From: an uncultured Acidobacteriota bacterium
GTDB taxonomy: Bacteria > Acidobacteriota > UBA6911
Direction: 5' to 3'
Length of the DNA: 64,000 nt
Assembly: GCA_963809485.1 (NCBI GenBank)
Contig: CAWEJX010000020.1
Coordinates: 1,056,001 to 1,120,000, forward strand
Part shown: positions 30,734 to 39,600 of the stretch, piece after piece
Layout of the letters: every line of letters starts with the position of its first letter
Numbering within the stretch: the stretch's first letter is position 1
Program-made: the position numbers and the translations under genes
The notes under the pieces: generated by a model
What the model saw: only the letters and a program-made list of their open reading frames with translations
What the model was told of the DNA's origin: nothing
Databases searched by the model: none

Positions 30734-31744
30734 CTATTGTATCGGGTATCCTTCCGACGTCTTCTTTCGCGCTGAATCCCCTTTATCCGTTCGGATGAGG
30801 AAGAATGCATAGGTCTTGTCGACCTTCTTCGTAATGATCGGGGCGTGCACAAACATCGCCGGGCAGACAGACACCATGGGTTTGTTGAAGTTGTAGATCT
30901 CCTTTTCCGGGCCCATGTACAGATCGATTTCGCTGCCCAGAGACTGCGGCCGGCCCGCGTCGAGGCCCACAAAAACCAGAAACTCGTCCCCGACATGCAC
31001 GTGCGGATCAAATCCCTCCGAGTGCCAGTTGCCCAGCCCTTTGTAGAATCCCCAGGTGAAATTAACGTTGAATCCCTCCAGGCTTTTGGCACGCGGCCAG
31101 GCGATCCAGAATGCGTTTCCCGGCCCCGTCATCTTGGTCACATCCCCCATGGCGGAGGATGAGACTTTTTTGACCAGTTTTGCATATTCCTGAGTTTCCG
31201 CCTGTTTGGCAGGGACCGGAACCTTTGCGGCTTTGTATTCGCCTTCGAGACCAATCTCATAGTGCGCGTAAGGCTTTTCGACCTTCAGGGCCTTGATCGG
31301 GCCGAACGGCATGTCTTTGGGAACGCACACGATGGTGGGAACATCGAAGACATATTTTTCAAAATTCCTGCCCAGGGATATTTCTATCTCCGCGCCCAGG
31401 TAGTTGGGCTTTTCCGGATCGAGGCCGACGAACGCCAGGCAGGTGTCGTAGGGATGCACCAGTCCCTCGTTCTGATAGGCGCCGGGTTTGCTGTAATACC
31501 CGAATGAGAAATTGGTGTTTCTGCGGTTCAGGTCCTTGCCGGACGTGCGGAAAATGGAATCGGCACAGCCCGGCCCTCCCCGCCCCTTCTTGTAGGAAAT
31601 TGCATGAAAATAGCTCTGGTATTTTTTTGCGGCAGCCGCCGCCCGGGCATCCGCGGAGCCTGCAAACGCCAATGCTGCGGCGCCAAAGCCCACATCCTTG
31701 ACGAATTCCCTTCGACTTGTGATCTTTCTTCCTCCAGCAGCCAT
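30734..31744 (-). CDS. Tat-exported protein with two cupin-like domains
   Basis: SRREFVK Tat motif; two repeats HPYD/HVHVGDE..FVGLD...LG(A/S)EI...P(K/A)..H.P. Confidence 0.75.
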   Translation of the reverse strand: MAAGGRKITSRREFVKDVGFGAAALAFAGSADARAAAAAKKYQSYFHAISYKKGRGGPGCADSIFRTSGKDLNRRNTNFSFGYYSKPGAYQNEGLVHPYDTCLAFVGLDPEKPNYLGAEIEISLGRNFEKYVFDVPTIVCVPKDMPFGPIKALKVEKPYAHYEIGLEGEYKAAKVPVPAKQAETQEYAKLVKKVSSSAMGDVTKMTGPGNAFWIAWPRAKSLEGFNVNFTWGFYKGLGNWHSEGFDPHVHVGDEFLVFVGLDAGRPQSLGSEIDLYMGPEKEIYNFNKPMVSVCPAMFVHAPIITKKVDKTYAFFLIRTDKGDSARKKTSEGYPIQ

Positions 31745-31982
31745 GGCCGTTCTCCTCCTGAATAAAGATATTGAACTGTCGATATGGTTCGAGCTGCCTA
31801 TTCTAAAACTGCCGGCTCAGTCCCGCAACGCCATTTCGCACTGGATGCAAAACCAGTCCATCGATGGGGGGCCTCCAGAAACTGTCCAGAAACTGTTCCC
31901 AGATCCGAAACCTTTGGATGCATGCCGGAGGCTAGGAACATTTTCCGGCGTGCCGCTTGAGGCGTGAGGATAAGCCGGAAAA

Positions 31983-32219
31983 GTCAGGTACCTCCGGCAA
32001 AGCCGGAGGCTTGAAAGAGTTGAACCGCTCAAATCGGTTGGACTAATTACGCCGGTCTTGAACGCTGACTTACGCGGGCAAAAGCCGATGAGGCGCTTCC
32101 GATCCCCGCCGAACAAATCCGCGTTTGTCAGCGCTTTTATCAGCGTTTCTCAGCGTTTCAAAATACGGAGCTGTCAAACTCTTTGAGTCCCCCGGAAAAG
32201 CCGGGGGTTTACCAATGTA
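31983..32219 (-). mobile_element. non-autonomous IS200/IS605-type element, copy B
   Basis: Same sequence as copy A plus a ~24-bp internal segment; intact left-end hairpin cccccggaaaagccggggg; target TGAT. Confidence 0.85.
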
Positions 32220-32326
32220 ATCAAAAAAAGCTCGTCCGGAAGTTTGACAAATTCAGGCTCAGAACTTAATAAAAATGGCGGAAAACGGTGATGAACAAAT
32301 TCCACTGCAATATGGAGGTTTGACCC

Positions 32327-32797
32327 ATGAGTTTCATGCCAATCGATTTTCATGAGGATATGGACAGGATGAGAAGGGAAATCGACCGGATCCTGGGTGA
32401 CGACAGGCTTTCCACGTGGACATTTCCGTTCTCGAGAATCTCCTTTCTTCCCGGCCGCGCAGCGAGGGCGTACCCGCTATTAAACATCAGCGAGGACAAA
32501 GACAGCGTCTACCTGGATGCCCTTGCGCCCGGAATTGAACCCAGTACGCTGAAAGTGTCCGTAATCAAGAACCAGCTGACTATTTCCGGAGAAAAGATGC
32601 CACTCCCGGAAACCGTCAAGGACGAGTCAATCCATCGCAGCGAGCGATCTGCAGGACAGTTCGCCCGAAGCCTGTCTCTTACGGTGGACGTGGACAGTGA
32701 CCGTGTCCAGGCCAACTACAACAACGGGATGCTCCGGATAATTCTTCCCAAAGCCGAAGCGGCGAAGCCCAAACAAATAGCGGTAAAAGTGGGCTGA
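32327..32797 (+). CDS. Hsp20/alpha-crystallin small heat-shock protein
   Basis: YPLLNISE...PGI...LTISGEK...HRSERSAGQFARSLSL...ANYNNGMLRIILPK..AKPKQI. Confidence 0.92.
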   Translation: MSFMPIDFHEDMDRMRREIDRILGDDRLSTWTFPFSRISFLPGRAARAYPLLNISEDKDSVYLDALAPGIEPSTLKVSVIKNQLTISGEKMPLPETVKDESIHRSERSAGQFARSLSLTVDVDSDRVQANYNNGMLRIILPKAEAAKPKQIAVKVG

Positions 32798-32833
32798 AAC
32801 GCATACAACTATCGATCATGGAGGTGTAGAAAA

Positions 32834-33247
32834 ATGACCGAAAAAACCGCTTCTCTCACCACTGAAAAACAGGGTGCTTTGCAGACAGCGAGCGAAAAGT
32901 CGCTGGCCACAAGGGATGAAACCCGTTACGTAGCCCCGCCCGTGGATATTTTTGAAACCGAAGACGCGATCGTGGTTATCGCGGATCTTCCAAGCGTCGG
33001 CAAGGAGGACGTGGACATCCGGGTCGAGGACAGCATCCTGACCATAAGGGGAAAAGCCACTTACAGCCCACCGGCCGATTTGCTCCGGGAGGAGTTCAGC
33101 CTGGATGGGTATTTCCGGCAGTTCCAGCTGAGCGATGAGGTGGATCAGGAAAAGATATCAGCCGAAACCAAAAACGGCGTGCTCACCATTCATCTGCCCA
33201 AGGCCGAGAAATCCAAGCCCAGGCAGATCAAGGTAAAAATAGGCTGA
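32834..33247 (+). CDS. Hsp20/alpha-crystallin small heat-shock protein
   Basis: PPVDIFETED...ADLP...LTIRG...FRQFQL...ISAETKNGVLTIHLPK..KPRQI. Confidence 0.92.
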   Translation: MTEKTASLTTEKQGALQTASEKSLATRDETRYVAPPVDIFETEDAIVVIADLPSVGKEDVDIRVEDSILTIRGKATYSPPADLLREEFSLDGYFRQFQLSDEVDQEKISAETKNGVLTIHLPKAEKSKPRQIKVKIG

Positions 33248-33508
33248 TGCCTGGCAGCGGAGACGCTCGCGAACTGACCGTATCAAGCTTTTCAGTTGTT
33301 CGACATCTATCAGTCCGGTCTTGGCAGGGGCGGCCTCGAGGCCGCCCACCGCATGCTCATCGATCCCGGCTGCGGGCTGTTTTCCGTCCCTGCGCATCCC
33401 GGCGAGTTACACTATCCTCAGTTCACTGCTGATAACCGGTTTTCGACGCTTTCCTGTTAGCCGACTGCATCCAACCGGGAATTCGCGAGCGAATCCGGAG
33501 GTGTAACA

Positions 33509-34240
33509 ATGGCAAAAAACTATTACGCGATATTGGGCGTTCTGCCGACGGCCACCCTCGATGAAATACGGTCCGCCTACCGGAATCGGGTGAAACAATT
33601 TCATCCGGATCATTTCGGCAAAGACACATCGCCGTTCCTCAATGTGCAGGAAGCCTACGATTTATTGGGCGATGAGGTCAGCCGAAGTCGGTATGATCAA
33701 AGCCTGAAGAAATCCAGCCCGGAAAAAATGTCCGCGGCAAGCCCCGAGCCTCTGATCGACCGGTCAAGAAGGCCCATGCCGGAGCCGATGAAAGGCCCTC
33801 GCAGGTATGCCGATTTCGGAACCATTTCACCTTTGGAGTCCTTTCGCGGTTTCCGCCCGTCCTATGACGAGATATTTGACAACTTGCTGAATTCCCTTGA
33901 TCTCAGGTCGCACTCGAAGGCCGAAAGCTACCGGACTCTGACTATGGAGGTTCCATTGACGGCGGAGCAGGCGCGACGGGGCGGCAGCCTCCGGGTTGTT
34001 ATCCCCATCCAGAGCACCTGCCCCACGTGCCGGGGCTTAGAGATCCTGGATCTTTTTGAATGCTGGCGGTGCTCCGGGACAGGATCCACCCGCTATGAGC
34101 TTCCCCTTCAGGTGGAGTATCCTGCGGGAATTCAGGATTCCTACCGGATTGCCATTCCTCTGGACCGGTATGGCGTTCCCGATGTCTGCCCGGTTCTCTT
34201 GTTCCGGATCACATCCTCGCACGACATCGAGGAACTATAG
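33509..34240 (+). CDS. J-domain (DnaJ-like) protein with a half zinc-finger
   Basis: NYYAILGV...EIRSAYR...FHPD...VQEAYDLL; CPTCRG and CWRCSGTG. Confidence 0.85.
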   Translation: MAKNYYAILGVLPTATLDEIRSAYRNRVKQFHPDHFGKDTSPFLNVQEAYDLLGDEVSRSRYDQSLKKSSPEKMSAASPEPLIDRSRRPMPEPMKGPRRYADFGTISPLESFRGFRPSYDEIFDNLLNSLDLRSHSKAESYRTLTMEVPLTAEQARRGGSLRVVIPIQSTCPTCRGLEILDLFECWRCSGTGSTRYELPLQVEYPAGIQDSYRIAIPLDRYGVPDVCPVLLFRITSSHDIEEL

Positions 34241-34329
34241 CGTCCCGGTTTGACTGGGCTGCATGACAAGTCCCGGCAGGGGCGGCCTTCCGACCGCTCT
34301 GACAAAAACGGGGACGTCAATCCGCCTAA

Positions 34330-34563
34330 GTCAGGCACCTCCGGCAAAGCCGGAGGCTTGAAGGATTGGAACCGCTCAAGGCGGTTGGAGGAGTTCCACC
34401 GGCCTTGAACGCTGACTTACGCGGGCAAAAGCCGATGAGGTGCTTCCGATCCCCGCCGACCAGATCGGCGTTTGTCAGCGCTTTGGTCAGCGTATCTCAG
34501 CGTTTCAAAATATGGAGCCGTCACACTCTATGAGTCCCCGGGCAGAGCCGGTTTACCAATAGA
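34330..34563 (-). mobile_element. non-autonomous IS200/IS605-type element, copy C
   Basis: Colinear with copy B; abuts TAAT (34567-34564), whose TAA is the stop codon of the SnoaL gene. Confidence 0.85.
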
Positions 34564-34564
34564 A

Positions 34565-35239
34565 TTACTTCACCCCCGTTACGGGGTGCGGGTAGTGGAA
34601 GGGAATGACGAAGATGTCGGGCCAGAATTTCATCCCCTCCGGCTTCAGTTCGTCCGGACCGCGCGGATCCTCGGGGTAAGTTTTGAGATAAGGCGACACC
34701 ATAAGCAGTTTGCCTGAGGAATGCGCCCAGCCTTTGTCGTATTCCGCCTGCCAGACAAGGTTGTAATTGAATACCTTAAATTTCCAGACCCCGTTTTCCC
34801 TGGCATATATGTTTTCGTACACCCCTCCTTCCCAGAACTGGCTCGGGATGGGAGTGGGAACTTTCCGGCTTTCGTGAACTCCGCCCATCAGGAAGCAGCG
34901 GAAGCGTCCTTTGGCAGTCACGCGATCCGGCGCAACATCCACGATATCCTGGACATGAAGGTGCTCGGTCAGGACGCCGTTGGTCGGCCCGTTTACACCC
35001 ATCCCGGCCCCATACATCCGCCTGGCGCCATCCTTGCCCTTGAAGATGCCATTCAGAAAATAGATCAGGCAATCGTCCGCGAAAAGATCCACGATCTCCG
35101 CCATCAGCCATTTATCCATGTAGTAGCCATATTTGAACTGCAGCGTGCGTATGGCCTGTATATCTTCGAGAATGCCATTCCGGTGCGAAAGCTCCTCGAC
35201 CTGCCTCCTCAATGCGGCAATTTCCTCCTCGATTGTCAT
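34565..35239 (-). CDS. SnoaL/NTF2-like domain protein
   Basis: LEDIQAIRTLQFKYGYYMDK...GVYENIY..ENGVWKF...PFHYPHPVTG. Confidence 0.88.
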   Translation of the reverse strand: MTIEEEIAALRRQVEELSHRNGILEDIQAIRTLQFKYGYYMDKWLMAEIVDLFADDCLIYFLNGIFKGKDGARRMYGAGMGVNGPTNGVLTEHLHVQDIVDVAPDRVTAKGRFRCFLMGGVHESRKVPTPIPSQFWEGGVYENIYARENGVWKFKVFNYNLVWQAEYDKGWAHSSGKLLMVSPYLKTYPEDPRGPDELKPEGMKFWPDIFVIPFHYPHPVTGVK

Positions 35240-35282
35240 TCCGGCCTCCTGTGGATGATGGATTTACAGTATGAAAAACCTT

Positions 35283-36092
35283 TCATTTCCTGGCGGCCCG
35301 GGCCTGCCGCAGCATTTCGTCCAGATCGTCTGAAAGCTCCGTATAGGATCCCGACAGCTCGTCGTAGCGGCCCGAGGCCAGGCTCAGGCATCTTTGCGCG
35401 CAGCGTTCCAGATCCGCCAGCGCGTCGGGTTTGGCCTTGCGCTCCTTCAATCGCTGGATCATCTCAGGCTTCCAGCGCTGAGCCCCCGGATCTCTCATGG
35501 TGATTTCCGCCAGCTCGGTTATTGAAAAGCCCGGATCGATGGAAAAAGCGCTGATGCCGAATTCCCTGGTTTCACTGTCCACCAGCTGTATCAGACGGTT
35601 CTGGGCGCATTTTCCGAGGCAGTAGGGCGACATGCTTGCGTCCAGCCGGTGGGATCCCATGGCGGAGACCATGATGATGCGTCCCGCCCGCCGCTCGATC
35701 ATGGACGGCAGGATTTCCCTGATGAACATGAAGGGGGCGCGGATGTGAACCTCCTGGGCGAACCACCACTCATCGGGGTCCGCAACCCAGATCGGCGCGA
35801 ACGGTCCGGGAATGCCGGCGTTGTTGACCAGGAGCGTAATCGGCCCGAATTTCTCCGCAGTTGCGCGCACCGCGCGCGAAACGTCCTCCGGCCGGGTCAC
35901 GTCTCCGCCCACGGCAAGCCCCCGGCCGCCAGCGGCCTCGATCTCGGCTGCTGTTTTGTCAAGCTCGGCTTGAGTGCGTGAAGTAACCGTTACAGCGGCG
36001 CCTTCCGCAGCGAACCTGAGGGCGATCGCTTTGCCGAATCCTCGTCCGCCACCCGTAATTAGTGCCACCTGTCCCGAAAGCATTCCGTTCAT
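35283..36092 (-). CDS. short-chain dehydrogenase/reductase
   Basis: TGGGRGFG, LVNNAG, S..., YCLGK (YxxxK), IDPG. Confidence 0.92.
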   Translation of the reverse strand: MNGMLSGQVALITGGGRGFGKAIALRFAAEGAAVTVTSRTQAELDKTAAEIEAAGGRGLAVGGDVTRPEDVSRAVRATAEKFGPITLLVNNAGIPGPFAPIWVADPDEWWFAQEVHIRAPFMFIREILPSMIERRAGRIIMVSAMGSHRLDASMSPYCLGKCAQNRLIQLVDSETREFGISAFSIDPGFSITELAEITMRDPGAQRWKPEMIQRLKERKAKPDALADLERCAQRCLSLASGRYDELSGSYTELSDDLDEMLRQARAARK

Positions 36093-36291
36093 ATTTTCCT
36101 CTTGCGGCTGTATGGATTTGCATCCCGCTGGAAAAAAGGATTTTAAGGACGAACAAAACTCGTAATCCGTCCCCGCTGATTTTAAGCCTTATGTCTGCAT
36201 TCTGTACCGGTCAGGGCTTGGGATCCCGACCATGATTTCCGATTCTATCAGAAAGGGCGAAGGAAGAGCTGAAAATATATATCGCATTGTA

Positions 36292-36329
36292 TCAGCGTAT
36301 GTCGGCGTTTTGTCAGCGTCCGTCAGCGT
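36292..36329 (-). repeat. 4x ACGCYGA phased module
   Basis: Reverse complement acgctgacgg-acgctgacaaa-acgccgacat-acgctga (10/11/10). Confidence 0.75.
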
Positions 36330-36486
36330 TATAGTTGAAGAGATGTCCGGCGAGCCGGTGACAGCCGGCGATGCGGAACTTGACCCTCCGGCAGGGTTTC
36401 ACTATACTGCGGCCCACCAGAACACATTAGAACGAGTTCTCATTTAATCAAATGAAAATCCGGCCCACCCTTATTGAAGGAGGTTC

Positions 36487-37029
36487 ATGGCCATGGCGAG
36501 ATCAAAATACGGGAAATATTTTATGACGGAGCCGATAGAAATAGGCCCGATGCTTCACGTATGCGGCGAGGACGGCTGCATTGGCGCCAAATTCGACGGT
36601 TTTCCGATCGAAATGCAGTTGCTCTGCCTCAGCAAGCCGGGCGTCATGATTCACAAGCCCCACGCACACGAGGTCGACGAACTGTTTTTCATTTTCGGCG
36701 GCAATCCGCAAAATTATTTTGAGTTTGGCGCGGAAATCGAAATCATGATGGGCGAGGAGCATGAACGGCACATCGTCAACAAGACCACGATCATCTATAT
36801 TCCCAAGGGAGTGATCCATTGCCCGATAACGACGCTGAAGGTCGACAAACCGGTGCAGTGGATGCATGTCCTGTTCCAGGGCAAATACCATATGGGAGCC
36901 GGCGACGACATGTCGAGCCACCCCAGGCACTCGGACCGCCATCCTTACGACAAGGATGAGATTGTCAAACTCAGAAAAGGCATTACGGAAGGCATACTGG
37001 GCAAAAAACCCGTAGCCGCCCGAAGATAA
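36487..37029 (+). CDS. cupin-like protein
   Basis: PHAHEVDE..FGGNP...GAEIE..MGEE.E.HIVNK...IPKGVIHCP; AAGGAGG RBS. Confidence 0.8.
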   Translation: MAMARSKYGKYFMTEPIEIGPMLHVCGEDGCIGAKFDGFPIEMQLLCLSKPGVMIHKPHAHEVDELFFIFGGNPQNYFEFGAEIEIMMGEEHERHIVNKTTIIYIPKGVIHCPITTLKVDKPVQWMHVLFQGKYHMGAGDDMSSHPRHSDRHPYDKDEIVKLRKGITEGILGKKPVAARR

Positions 37030-37076
37030 AACGAGGCCGGCGGCTTCTGCCCCAGGGCCGCCCGCATTTACGTTTG

Positions 37077-37129
37077 AGGCTGCTGCCGGCTCCTGCCATA
37101 GTCGATGGGAGCCCGTGGCAGCCTTTTTT
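37077..37129 (+). terminator. possible intrinsic terminator
   Basis: AGGCTGC...GGCTCC / GGAGCC...GCAGCCT stem followed by a T-run. Confidence 0.4.
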
Positions 37130-37175
37130 GTTGCATACCAGCGGGAATGCTGCCCGCAGGAAGGGAGATTATCTA

Positions 37176-37574
37176 ATGGACAGTTCCAGGTATGACAAAT
37201 ACGTGGTCTATGTTCCCAGGAAGAGCGCCCCGGATGCACCTTTTCCTTCGCTGACATTGATGAGTAACGAACTGGTCCCCGGGTGCAACGTCGACATCAC
37301 GTTTAACTGGGTGATGCAGGCAATGGAAATGAAACCGGACCAGCCTCTCAGTCATGCGCATGACTATGACGAGATGATCATCAACCTGGGCACCGATCCC
37401 AAAAATCCTGACGACCTGGGCGGCGAGGTCGTCGGATTTTTGGGAGATGAAAAACATATCCTGAACAAAACCTCGGCCGTCTTCATACCGAGGAATGTGG
37501 AGCACGGCGTGGCCGGCTTCAACCGCTTCGACCGGCCCTACATATTAATGAACATCAAACTGCGCGGGAAATAG
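37176..37574 (+). CDS. cupin-like protein
   Basis: HAHDYDE..LGTDPKNPDDLGGEV...FIPRNVEHG; start at ATG 37176 behind AAGGGAG. Confidence 0.8.
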   Translation: MDSSRYDKYVVYVPRKSAPDAPFPSLTLMSNELVPGCNVDITFNWVMQAMEMKPDQPLSHAHDYDEMIINLGTDPKNPDDLGGEVVGFLGDEKHILNKTSAVFIPRNVEHGVAGFNRFDRPYILMNIKLRGK

Positions 37575-37577
37575 GCC

Positions 37578-37664
37578 AAGGACGGGGCTCCAGAGACTGT
37601 CCTAAAACTGCCGGCGAGGATCTCATGACAGTCGTCTTGAGACAGTTTCTGGAGCCCCGTCCTT
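37578..37664. repeat. 87-bp element with 24-bp terminal inverted repeats (MITE-like or bidirectional terminator)
   Basis: AAGGACGGGGCTCCAGAGACTGTC ... GACAGTTTCTGGAGCCCCGTCCTT (1 mismatch); half copies at 10298-10342 and 31869-31895. Confidence 0.7.
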
Positions 37665-37675
37665 CTCACTGAATT

Positions 37676-39508
37676 TCATTCTCTGTTTTTGCGCGCCGTA
37701 TAGGCAATGTCGAAGATGGCCGAGGAAATAGTCAGCTTGCCGTCCCTGCGAATGAGATAAAGGCGCTGGAACAGCACCTTCACCTTACGCCCGTTCTGCT
37801 CCGTCACTATCGACATAGACTCGGGAGCCATTCTGCTTGCCAGGCCGGCGTCGGCATTATCGGATTCGCGCACAAGTTTTTCCGCAAACGCGCCAATATC
37901 AATCTGTATCGGGTCGAAGCCGTTCCGCGCGTCTCCGATCTGCAGCACCAGCCTGTCCAGGCCTTCATTCGCCACATACGAGATCCCTTCACCTTCAAAA
38001 CGATGCTCCTTCTTTTGCAAATTCATCACCAGGGACTGCTGCCGGAGCACACGGTCATAGCCGCTAATATCCGCCGGCAGCCTGGCGTCGAGCGCGAATT
38101 CCCTCCCCCCGGATGCGCCCCGGTATTCGACATGCGCCACACCCATTTTATCGAGCACTTCGGAAACGGACTCATATTGGGAATATCCCGGCTTCGCTTC
38201 CCGCCCGATCTTCTCTTCAAACCAGGGCTGGATGGCGTCATATCCATGAATCCGGCTCAGGTAGCGGACCATCGAGCCGATCTCCTGGGTGTCGTCCTGC
38301 GTCACCTTGCCGTGTTCCTTGTTCACTTTGCCGGCGACCAGAATGCCGTTTTTCACCAGCAGTTTTTCCAGCCGTTTCACCTGGCTTCGTTCGGACACCC
38401 GCAGCAGCCCCCACGGACCGAAGCTCATCAGAAACGCGAGCAGGCACAGAGAGCCTATGGTGAATTTTATGCTTTTGGTTCTACTGAATAAAAAGTAGAG
38501 CACCTGAGCCGACAGCCAGGTTCCCAGGGCGATTCCGGCATAACGGCTCTCGGTGATCCCGTAATCCCCGATGCGCTCGGCTACCGCCAGGAACAGGACT
38601 ACAACGAGCGGAATCAGGACGATATACAGCCATTTCCCCGCGGCCCGTATCCATGCGTTGCCGGACTTGTCCCGGACCGGGTGCATCAGAAGGAGCGACA
38701 ATATGGCGGTCGCGGAAAATCCGAGAATCAGGCTGCTGACCCATCCCTTCGGCCAGTTCCAATCGAGCAGTATCTTCAGAAGGTACGCATACAGGATCAC
38801 CAGGTAGACGATCACGAGCGTGAGAAGAACATATTGAGCAAAAACCTTCAGACCTTTGGGATAGTCTTCGATCCGGTCGAGACCATCCAAATCCTCCGGC
38901 ACTCCCGCGAAGAAAAACCAGGGAGCGAAAAGCCCGGCCACAAGAACCCAGAGCTCCATATACCGTTTGTTCGGGATGTTGACGCCGAAAAGGTTATCAA
39001 GGGCGGCAAGGGCAATCGACAGTCCAGCAAACAGGACGGCCGAAAAAATAGCGGTCACAAACAATCGGAAATAGAGCGCCTTGTTGTATTGCCAGAAACC
39101 GTTCCCCTCTCCTTTTTTCATGTACGGCCCGATCATCATCAGCAGAACCAATCCGGATGCCAGCAGACCGAAGCGCATCATCGTCGCCGCCGGAGCGTTC
39201 GGCAAGGCCCGCGGGACCGTAAACGCGTATGCGACGAGCAGCAGGATGCCAAGCAGCTGGGCGCCCGCAGACATGCTCTTGCCCCATTTCCATTTTTCCG
39301 CTGCAAGCGCCAGCGACGCCAGCAGGGGAATCCCAAGTCCCGCGGCAAGAATAACCGGGTAAGCCGCGCTGGGTTGGTTGGGTTGCCCGGACTCAATTCT
39401 TGACAGGGCGGCCAATACTCCCGTAAGCGAACAGAGCATCACAAAGGGAAAGCGGGCGGCCGCCCGCTTCGTTTCTGAGAAGACCTGCACAATCGAGGGC
39501 AGTTTCAT
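37676..39508 (-). CDS. DUF4153-like polytopic membrane protein
   Basis: ~11 TM helices; RFP, VLLTLVIVYLVILYAY, RIGDYGITESRY, SERSQVKRL motifs. Confidence 0.8.
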   Translation of the reverse strand: MKLPSIVQVFSETKRAAARFPFVMLCSLTGVLAALSRIESGQPNQPSAAYPVILAAGLGIPLLASLALAAEKWKWGKSMSAGAQLLGILLLVAYAFTVPRALPNAPAATMMRFGLLASGLVLLMMIGPYMKKGEGNGFWQYNKALYFRLFVTAIFSAVLFAGLSIALAALDNLFGVNIPNKRYMELWVLVAGLFAPWFFFAGVPEDLDGLDRIEDYPKGLKVFAQYVLLTLVIVYLVILYAYLLKILLDWNWPKGWVSSLILGFSATAILSLLLMHPVRDKSGNAWIRAAGKWLYIVLIPLVVVLFLAVAERIGDYGITESRYAGIALGTWLSAQVLYFLFSRTKSIKFTIGSLCLLAFLMSFGPWGLLRVSERSQVKRLEKLLVKNGILVAGKVNKEHGKVTQDDTQEIGSMVRYLSRIHGYDAIQPWFEEKIGREAKPGYSQYESVSEVLDKMGVAHVEYRGASGGREFALDARLPADISGYDRVLRQQSLVMNLQKKEHRFEGEGISYVANEGLDRLVLQIGDARNGFDPIQIDIGAFAEKLVRESDNADAGLASRMAPESMSIVTEQNGRKVKVLFQRLYLIRRDGKLTISSAIFDIAYTARKNRE

Positions 39509-39526
39509 ATTGGTTTCTCAAGCAAA

Positions 39527-39557
39527 GTTGAATGTTGAACGTTTGAACGTTGAACGT
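39527..39557 (-). repeat. (ACGTTCA)n heptamer tandem repeat
   Basis: gttgaatgttgaacgtttgaacgttgaacgt; inverted relative at 43700-43736, short copy at 24477-24492. Confidence 0.55.
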
Positions 39558-39600
39558 CAAAAACGCATGAGTGTTGGCGATTCTGCTCGCCAAATGCCGC

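Noticed and set aside
32221-32326. CIRCE/heat-shock operator before hsp20
   Set aside because: No TTAGCACTC-N9-GAGTGCTAA; only a TTGACA at 32244-32249 without a convincing -10.
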